NCBI GenBank assembly: GCA_963664395.2 | Contig: OY761159.2 | Location: forward strand, 1,312,001 to 1,376,000 | Direction: 5' to 3' | Length of the DNA: 64,000 nt | From: Candidatus Binatia bacterium | Lineage (GTDB): Bacteria; Desulfobacterota; Binatia; Bin18 | In this document: positions 57,870 through 64,000 of the stretch, piece after piece | Layout: every line of letters begins with the position of its first letter | How positions within the stretch are numbered: the stretch's first letter is position 1 | Made by a program: the position numbers and the translations under genes | The notes under the pieces: model-generated | Databases searched by the model: none | What the model was told of the DNA's origin: nothing | Seen by the model: the letters and a program-made list of their open reading frames with translations, nothing else

Positions 57870-59813
57870 CTACAGCCGGATACGCACCTCAATCGCCCAG
57901 AACACGGCTTGGGTCGATTCCTCGACGGTGTGACCAACCGTCGTCAGTCGGAGCGCCGGCTCCGGCGGCGGTTCATACGGGGAGGAGAGGCCGGTAAATT
58001 CCTGAATCTCCCCTGCCCGCGCCTTATGATACAGCCCTTTCACATCGCGCTCCTCACACACTTCAAGCGGGGTGTCTACATACACCTCAAAAAAGCGGTC
58101 AGCGCCGATGATCTCTGCCGCGTGTTGCCGGTCGGTGTGAAACGGTGCAATAACCGGCACAAGCACAATCACGCCAGCCTGATTAAAGAGCCGCGCGACT
58201 TCGGCAATGCGGCGGATATTTTCCGCGCGGTCACCTTCCGAGAAGGTGAGGTCTCGATTCAGACCAAAACGCAGATTATCACCGTCGAGCCGATAGACAT
58301 GGAATCCTTCCGTATGCAGACGCTGCTCAAGCTGTTCCGCAATGGATGATTTTCCAGAGCCGGACAAACCCGTCAGCCAGACCGTCAGCGCGCGTTGCCG
58401 CAGGGCGCGCTGACGCTCAGCAACTGAAATCAACCCGGCTTCCGCCCGGATATGGACTGACTGTTGACCTCCTGTCCGAACGGACACGTTCGGCTGAGCA
58501 AGGGGTTCCGGCCGGCGGTCAATAATCATCCCGGCACCGACCGTATTATTCGTCAGACGGTCAATGACGACAAAGGCACCGGTCGCGCGGTTCTTACGGT
58601 ACGGATCAAAGGCAAGCGGCTTTTCGAGCTCAAATGCACACCGTCCGATTTCATTGAGGGCGAGTTGAGCGGCGTCCTCACGGTGGAGGGTATTCACGTC
58701 CATACGATACCGCACCTCGGCAATCACCCCCGGCGTTGTGTTGGTGGTGTGCTTGATAAAATACTGCTTGCCAGGCTGCATGGGCTCTTCAGCCATCCAC
58801 ACCAGCATGGCTTCAAAGCGCGTGGCTATGAGGGGCACATTGTTGGGATGAACGAGCATATCTCCACGACTGACGTCGATTTCGTCTTCAAGCGTCAGGG
58901 TCACGGCCAACGGCGGCATGGCCTGCTTCAGTTCCCCCTCAAAGGTATGGATGGCTTTCACCCGGCTTGTTTTGCGTGACGGAAACACCATGACTGCATC
59001 GCCCGGGCGCACGATGCCGGAGGCCACCGTTCCACAAAAACCGCGAAAGTCCGGATTGGGGCGATTGACGTATTGGACCGGAAAACGAAAGTCGATCAGA
59101 TTGGTATCCGAAGCAATATAGACGTGCTCCAACAGGTGCATCAGCGGGCTGCCCGCGTACCACGGCAGGTGCGCGCTTTTGTTCACCACGTTATCGCCGC
59201 TCAGCGCCGCCATGGGCAGGAAGTGCACCTCGCCCAGCTCGAGTCGGGCGGCAAAGTCGGTATAGTCTTTGACAATCCGCTCAAAGGCCTCTTGGCTGTA
59301 GTCAACCAGATCCATCTTATTGACGGCAACAATAATGTGCTTGATGCCCAACAGAGAGGCGATAAAGCTGTGTCGCCGAGTTTGGGTCAGGACGCCATAG
59401 CGGGCATCGATCAGGATAATAGCCAAGTCGCACGTCGACGCGCCGGTTGCCATGTTCCGGGTGTACTGCTCATGACCAGGGGTGTCGGCAATAATGAATT
59501 TTCGTTTGGCGGTCGAAAAATAGCGATAGGCAACATCGATGGTGATGCCCTGTTCACGTTCGGCTTTGAGGCCGTCGGTCAGCAGGGCGGGGTCAAATTC
59601 CGTATCTGTCGTGCCATGTCGGACCGAGTCTTTTTTCATCGCCTCAAGCTGATCCTCGTAGATCATCTTGGAGTCGTATAAGAGCCGGCCGATAAGGGTG
59701 CTTTTGCCGTCATCCACACTGCCGCAGGTCAGGAAGCGCAGCAGGTCCTTGCGTTCATGTTGGGCAAGATAGGCTTCAATATCTGTCGCGATCAGGTCAG
59801 ACTGGTGAGACAT
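57870..59813 (-). CDS. cysNC: Bifunctional sulfate adenylyltransferase subunit 1 / APS kinase
   Basis: [21 protein letters not shown]; C-terminal [16 protein letters not shown]. Confidence 0.96.
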   Translation of the reverse strand: MSHQSDLIATDIEAYLAQHERKDLLRFLTCGSVDDGKSTLIGRLLYDSKMIYEDQLEAMKKDSVRHGTTDTEFDPALLTDGLKAEREQGITIDVAYRYFSTAKRKFIIADTPGHEQYTRNMATGASTCDLAIILIDARYGVLTQTRRHSFIASLLGIKHIIVAVNKMDLVDYSQEAFERIVKDYTDFAARLELGEVHFLPMAALSGDNVVNKSAHLPWYAGSPLMHLLEHVYIASDTNLIDFRFPVQYVNRPNPDFRGFCGTVASGIVRPGDAVMVFPSRKTSRVKAIHTFEGELKQAMPPLAVTLTLEDEIDVSRGDMLVHPNNVPLIATRFEAMLVWMAEEPMQPGKQYFIKHTTNTTPGVIAEVRYRMDVNTLHREDAAQLALNEIGRCAFELEKPLAFDPYRKNRATGAFVVIDRLTNNTVGAGMIIDRRPEPLAQPNVSVRTGGQQSVHIRAEAGLISVAERQRALRQRALTVWLTGLSGSGKSSIAEQLEQRLHTEGFHVYRLDGDNLRFGLNRDLTFSEGDRAENIRRIAEVARLFNQAGVIVLVPVIAPFHTDRQHAAEIIGADRFFEVYVDTPLEVCEERDVKGLYHKARAGEIQEFTGLSSPYEPPPEPALRLTTVGHTVEESTQAVFWAIEVRIRL

Positions 59814-59855
59814 ACCGGAGTACCGTTCTTTCCGTGGGAGCGCGGCCAACTTGCC

Positions 59856-60836
59856 TTAGAAGTAGCCTTCCTTTTTCTTCTCTTCCATGGAGCCGGACTG
59901 GTCGAAATCAATGACGCGGCCTTGCCGTTCGGACTGCGTAGCCAGCAGCATTTCCTGAATAATCAACGGCAGGGTGTCGGCCTCGGATTCAATTGCGCCC
60001 GTCAGCGGATAGCAGCCCAGGGTGCGAAAGCGGACTTTCTTCAACTGCGGTTGTTCGCCCGGATGGAGCGGCAGACGGTCGTCGTCTACCATAATGAGCA
60101 CCCCGTCGCGCTCGACAACCGGACGCTCCTTGGCAAAGTACAGCGTCACAATCGGGATGTGTTCGCGGTAGATGTATTGCCAGACATCCAGCTCGGTCCA
60201 ATTCGACAACGGAAAAACACGGATGCTCTCGCCTTTATCAAGCCTGGAATTATACAGATTCCACAGTTCGGGGCGTTGGTTCTTGGGGTCCCAGCGATGG
60301 TTGCGGTCACGGAACGAATACACCCGTTCTTTCGCCCGTGATTTCTCTTCATCACGCCGCGCGCCCCCAAAGGCCGCATCAAATCCGTACTGATTGAGTG
60401 CCTGTTTGAGCGCCTGCGTCTTCATCACATCGGTGTGCTTTTTGGAGCCATGCGTCATGGGACTGATACCCGCTTTTACCCCGTCCGGGTTGATATACAC
60501 GATGAGGTCGAAGCCGAGTTCGTGTTTGATATAGGTATCTCGGAAGGTGATCATCTCTCGGAATTTCCAGGTCGTATCAACGTGCAGCAGGGGGAAGGGC
60601 AGCGTACCCGGCGCGAACGCTTTGCGGGCCAGGTGCAGCATGACCGCCGAGTCTTTGCCGATGGAGTACAGCATGACCGGATTGTCAAACTCAGCCGCCA
60701 CCTCCCGAATGATATGAATACTCTCGGCCTCAAGACATTTGAGATGCGTGAGGGAATAGGAAGTCTTTTCATGCGAGGGCTGCTGATTGGACGGATTCCC
60801 AAGGGTCTCCACTGCCGACACTCCTTCCTCAATCAC
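59856..60836 (-). CDS. cysD: Sulfate adenylyltransferase subunit 2
   Basis: [39 protein letters not shown]. Confidence 0.96.
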   Translation of the reverse strand: MIEEGVSAVETLGNPSNQQPSHEKTSYSLTHLKCLEAESIHIIREVAAEFDNPVMLYSIGKDSAVMLHLARKAFAPGTLPFPLLHVDTTWKFREMITFRDTYIKHELGFDLIVYINPDGVKAGISPMTHGSKKHTDVMKTQALKQALNQYGFDAAFGGARRDEEKSRAKERVYSFRDRNHRWDPKNQRPELWNLYNSRLDKGESIRVFPLSNWTELDVWQYIYREHIPIVTLYFAKERPVVERDGVLIMVDDDRLPLHPGEQPQLKKVRFRTLGCYPLTGAIESEADTLPLIIQEMLLATQSERQGRVIDFDQSGSMEEKKKEGYF

Positions 60837-60858
60837 ACGGCGTCAATTGGATCTCAGC

Positions 60859-61599
60859 TTAGCCGGCAGGCGTCGAACAGACCGCGCAGTGCGGATTCTT
60901 CTCAATCGTCTGCTCGGTAAAATGAAACGCCGGAACTGTCCACTCCAGCAGTTTGGGCTGGCTGTCCGCAGCGGCCTGCACGATGATTTTGAGGGCTTCG
61001 GTCGCCTGCTGCGCACCGGCAAAGAGCGCATGTGGCGCGTCTAGCGGGAGGGCTGCGAGCGTTGTTCCGGCCTGCCCTCCATCACACCCTACTACGGAGA
61101 AGAGACAGCGCAGGCACGGCCACTCGTCCCTGTCACCTCGACTCACGAATAGTTGTCCGCGCTCCTGGGTGGCGACTGTCCACACGAACGGCTTCTGCCG
61201 GGCGTAACACACATCGTGTAAGGCAGGCGTTGTTGCCACTATCAGATCATACTGTTGACCCAATTGGTCAGGCTGCTGGTCGGGCCGGTCGGTATGGGTC
61301 ACAATCGTGCAATCGGGGTTGAGACGCCTGAGCGTGTTCGCTATGGGCGACGTATCCGGTCCACGGCCCGGTCCACAGAATTGTTCAGCCAATGCGGAAA
61401 AGACCAGTGGAGCCTTGGAGCCGGCCACACCTATAGTCCCAACTCCGGCAGCGGCCAGATAGAATAGAGCGGCGGCGGCTAACGGCCCGTCCCCGTCAAC
61501 ATAGACGCGACTCCGGAGAATCTTTTCCTGCCCTGTACCGCCAACCTGAGGCAGGATGATCTGTCGGCTGTAGCGTTCAATCTGAGTGTCTCCGAGCAT
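60859..61599 (-). CDS. Degenerate ThiF/MoeB-family protein (inactive adenylation domain)
   Basis: Keeps ERYSRQIIL..VG..GQEK and both CxxC Zn motifs; P-loop is DGDGPL and the DxD..SNLxRQ segment is absent. Confidence 0.8.
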   Translation of the reverse strand: MLGDTQIERYSRQIILPQVGGTGQEKILRSRVYVDGDGPLAAAALFYLAAAGVGTIGVAGSKAPLVFSALAEQFCGPGRGPDTSPIANTLRRLNPDCTIVTHTDRPDQQPDQLGQQYDLIVATTPALHDVCYARQKPFVWTVATQERGQLFVSRGDRDEWPCLRCLFSVVGCDGGQAGTTLAALPLDAPHALFAGAQQATEALKIIVQAAADSQPKLLEWTVPAFHFTEQTIEKNPHCAVCSTPAG

Positions 61600-61648
61600 G
61601 GATCATTCCGAAGCAGTGAAGAACGTACGGTCAAAGAGAACGGCTCAG

Positions 61649-62662
61649 TCAGGCCGCTCCCTGTGCCTGGCTTTTAGTGTGACGGGCGTGACGCTGGTTA
61701 TACTCTTTCCAGCCGGCCCACAGATTTGTACTCAGATATTTGTCTCCAAAATCCGGGAAGAGCGTCACGACGCTGCCTGCCTCGATTTCACGGGCAACCT
61801 GGAGTGCGGCCCACATCGCCGCACCGGACGATTGGCCGACTAAGATCCCTTCTTCCCGGCCGAGTCGATATACCGTTTCATAGGCATCTTCGGTCGAAAC
61901 ATTGATCTTTCGGTCAAGCCGCTCTTCAGAGTAAATGCCGGGTACGATCGAACTGTCCATATGCTTGAGCCCCTCAAGCCCATGGAAGGCGTCATCCGGT
62001 TCCACCCCAATAATCCGGATATCCGGATTTTTCTCCTTCAGGTAGCGCCCGGTTCCCATCAGTGTGCCGCCGGTCCCCATGCCGGCCACAAAATGGGTTA
62101 TTTGCTCTTTAGTCTGCCACCACAGCTCCGGTCCGGTTGTCTCATAGTGGGCCAAGGGATTATGCGGATTAAAGTATTGATCCGGTTTGAAATAGTGCTC
62201 GGGATCCTTCTTCAACATGTCCCGACACAGTTCCAAGGCGCCATCCGAGCCCTCCATGGGGCTGCTGAAGATCATCTTTGCACCATACGCGGCAATGATT
62301 TTTTTCCGTTCCATACCAACGTTGGCCGGGATACATAGCTTGACCGGATAGCCCAGCACTGCCCCAATCATGGCCAGCGCAATCCCGGTATTCCCGGATG
62401 TCGAGTCGAGAATAATTTTGCCCTGGGTCAGCGCGCCGGTCTCAAGGCCCTTGCGGACCATACACAGCGCCGGGCGATCTTTGACCGACCCACCAGGATT
62501 GAAGCCTTCGAGCTTGGCATAGATTCGAACGCCTGGGGCAATAGGCGTGGTCAGTCGGGTAATTTCGAGCAGCGGCGTATTCCCGATCAGATGCAGGACG
62601 GACGGAACACGCAGGGGTCCTGCCGGAGGGGGCCCCTCGGTCGGACTAGGCAGGAGTGACAC
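61649..62662 (-). CDS. cysM: PLP-dependent cysteine synthase family protein (CysM-like)
   Basis: IGNTPL, NPGGSVKDR, STSGNTG, GMGTGGT, GDKYLS. Confidence 0.85.
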   Translation of the reverse strand: MSLLPSPTEGPPPAGPLRVPSVLHLIGNTPLLEITRLTTPIAPGVRIYAKLEGFNPGGSVKDRPALCMVRKGLETGALTQGKIILDSTSGNTGIALAMIGAVLGYPVKLCIPANVGMERKKIIAAYGAKMIFSSPMEGSDGALELCRDMLKKDPEHYFKPDQYFNPHNPLAHYETTGPELWWQTKEQITHFVAGMGTGGTLMGTGRYLKEKNPDIRIIGVEPDDAFHGLEGLKHMDSSIVPGIYSEERLDRKINVSTEDAYETVYRLGREEGILVGQSSGAAMWAALQVAREIEAGSVVTLFPDFGDKYLSTNLWAGWKEYNQRHARHTKSQAQGAA

Positions 62663-62665
62663 GCC

Positions 62666-62941
62666 TCATCCTCCGGCAATAGCAGGCACGATGGACACTT
62701 CGTCGCCCTCTTTCACCGGAGTGTCCAGACCATTGAGGAAACGAATGTCCTCACCATTCACAAAGATATTGACAAAACGACGGACCGCGCCAGCTTCATC
62801 ACACAACCGTTCTTTAATACCAGGAGAATTGTTCTCCATATCATTGACCAACGCCCCAACCGTGGCTCCATCGGCCGAGACTGCTTCCGCACCTCCAGTA
62901 AAGCGGCGCAACGGGGTTGGGATACGTACCTGAGCACTCAT
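62666..62941 (-). CDS. MoaD/CysO ubiquitin-like sulfur carrier
   Basis: [17 protein letters not shown], ends VPAIAGG. Confidence 0.92.
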   Translation of the reverse strand: MSAQVRIPTPLRRFTGGAEAVSADGATVGALVNDMENNSPGIKERLCDEAGAVRRFVNIFVNGEDIRFLNGLDTPVKEGDEVSIVPAIAGG

Positions 62942-63039
62942 GTTCACTCCCTCCTGATTCAGAATCACTCGTCTACTCTTTCGAGCTTCTACTGTTACGT
63001 TTTTGCTCCGGTCTGACAATCACCCTGCCTGATTTTCAT

Positions 63040-63813
63040 TCAGACCGGAGTGCAGAGTCTTTCCAACTCATAGGCTTCGGAGTGTAAGCCCGTAATCGTC
63101 CGCGGCGTGCCGCACAGCGGACAGTGCGGGCTGGGGCGCACCCGGACCTCTCGCCAGCGCAGGGCGAGGGCGTCATAGGTCAGCAAGCGGTCGGTCAGGA
63201 GTTCTCCCGTTCCGCTCAGATATTTTACCGCCTCGGCAGCCTGAACACTGCCCAGACTGCCGGCCAGGCTGCCAAGGATACCGGCCTCCTGGCAGGTGGG
63301 ATTCTCATCGGGATGAGGCGGAACCGGGAACAGGCAGCGCAAACACGTCGTCTGATGGGGTAAGACCGTCAATGCCTGACCGTGGAACTGGACAATGCCG
63401 GCGTAAGAGAGTGGTTTGTTGAGCAGCCCGGCACCGTCATTGATCAAAAATTTTGTAGCCACGCCATCCGTTCCGTCAATAATAAAATCATAGCCGGCAA
63501 AGACATCCGCGAGATTGCCCGCATGCAGCCGCTGGTTATAGGTCAGCACCGTTATCGAGGGGTTGAGTTGCTGAATTTTTTCCCTGGCCGAATCGACCTT
63601 TGGCTTTCCTATATCCGGGGTAAAGTGCAAGATTTGCCGTTGCAGGTTTGACAGCTCGACACTGTCCGAATCCACCAGACCAATCGTTCCCACACCCGCG
63701 AGGGCGAGCCCAAATGCGGCCGGAGAGCCAAGTCCGCCAACGCCAACCACCAGGACTTTCCCCTCACGAACGCCGGTGGGAATCGCCGCTTGTGCCGGTT
63801 TCCGCTTCTTCAT
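63040..63813 (-). CDS. moeB: ThiF/MoeB adenylyltransferase lacking the N-terminal RYSRQ arm
   Basis: GVGGLG, DSDSVELSNLQRQ, DGTD, CLRC, TCQEAG, CPLC; no rhodanese domain. Confidence 0.88.
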   Translation of the reverse strand: MKKRKPAQAAIPTGVREGKVLVVGVGGLGSPAAFGLALAGVGTIGLVDSDSVELSNLQRQILHFTPDIGKPKVDSAREKIQQLNPSITVLTYNQRLHAGNLADVFAGYDFIIDGTDGVATKFLINDGAGLLNKPLSYAGIVQFHGQALTVLPHQTTCLRCLFPVPPHPDENPTCQEAGILGSLAGSLGSVQAAEAVKYLSGTGELLTDRLLTYDALALRWREVRVRPSPHCPLCGTPRTITGLHSEAYELERLCTPV

Positions 63814-63854
63814 TTTCCTGACTCATTTCCTTGGCGTATCCGACAGCGTATGGC

Positions 63855-63884
63855 AAAAAGCCTCTTCCCAACAGGAAAGAGGCT
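63855..63884 (-). terminator. Rho-independent terminator-like hairpin upstream of moeB
   Basis: Minus strand AGCCTCTTTCC-TGTT-GGGAAGAGGCT followed by TTTT. Confidence 0.6.
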
Positions 63885-63918
63885 CGGCTTCGATCTCTCT
63901 TTGCCCATGCTAAAAGTC

Positions 63919-64000
63919 TTATTCGTCCTCAAACTCGAAATCTATTTCCTCAATATCGATACCTAGAACGGCCCCTCGTCCTGTTCTGACCGCGACATCT
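63919..64000 (-). CDS. 3' end of an unidentified CDS with acidic C-terminus
   Basis: Open frame ..RTGRGAVLGIDIEEIDFEFEDE* entering from the right edge. Confidence 0.35.
   Translation of the reverse strand, partial: DVAVRTGRGAVLGIDIEEIDFEFEDE

Overview
GC-rich bacterial chromosomal window with no rRNA, tRNA, CRISPR or intact transposase seen. The gene content (XoxF, LLM/F420 oxidoreductases, tandem CoA-transferase) suggests a Binatia- or deltaproteobacteria-like uncultured organism, but this is inference. Left to right: (1) a lanthanide-type methanol dehydrogenase xoxF with xoxJ; (2) a ~28-30 kb bacterial sphingolipid supercluster: Spt, bCerS, CerR, desaturase/hydroxylase, ceramide-kinase-like DAGK, Tam41-like and two other nucleotidyltransferases, two CDP-alcohol phosphotransferases, a lipocalin-like protein, an ABC flippase, ELM1, a coupled phosphoglycerate mutase, a 2OG oxygenase, a kinase-like protein, GT4 and an LptF-LptG fusion broken by a 3-copy tandem repeat; (3) housekeeping and catabolic genes (pcm, uvrB with clustered indels, kdsD-like, pfk, aspS); (4) a PhoX-like phosphatase coupled to an uncharacterised di-heme protein; (5) cysNC-cysD with a CysM/CysO-type sulfur-carrier relay and two ThiF/MoeB paralogues that have complementary losses, resembling a eukaryote-like heterodimeric E1. 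REP-like palindromes sit in-frame inside several genes. Several frameshifts look like sequencing or consensus errors. All family assignments come from motif recognition by eye; no searches were run.
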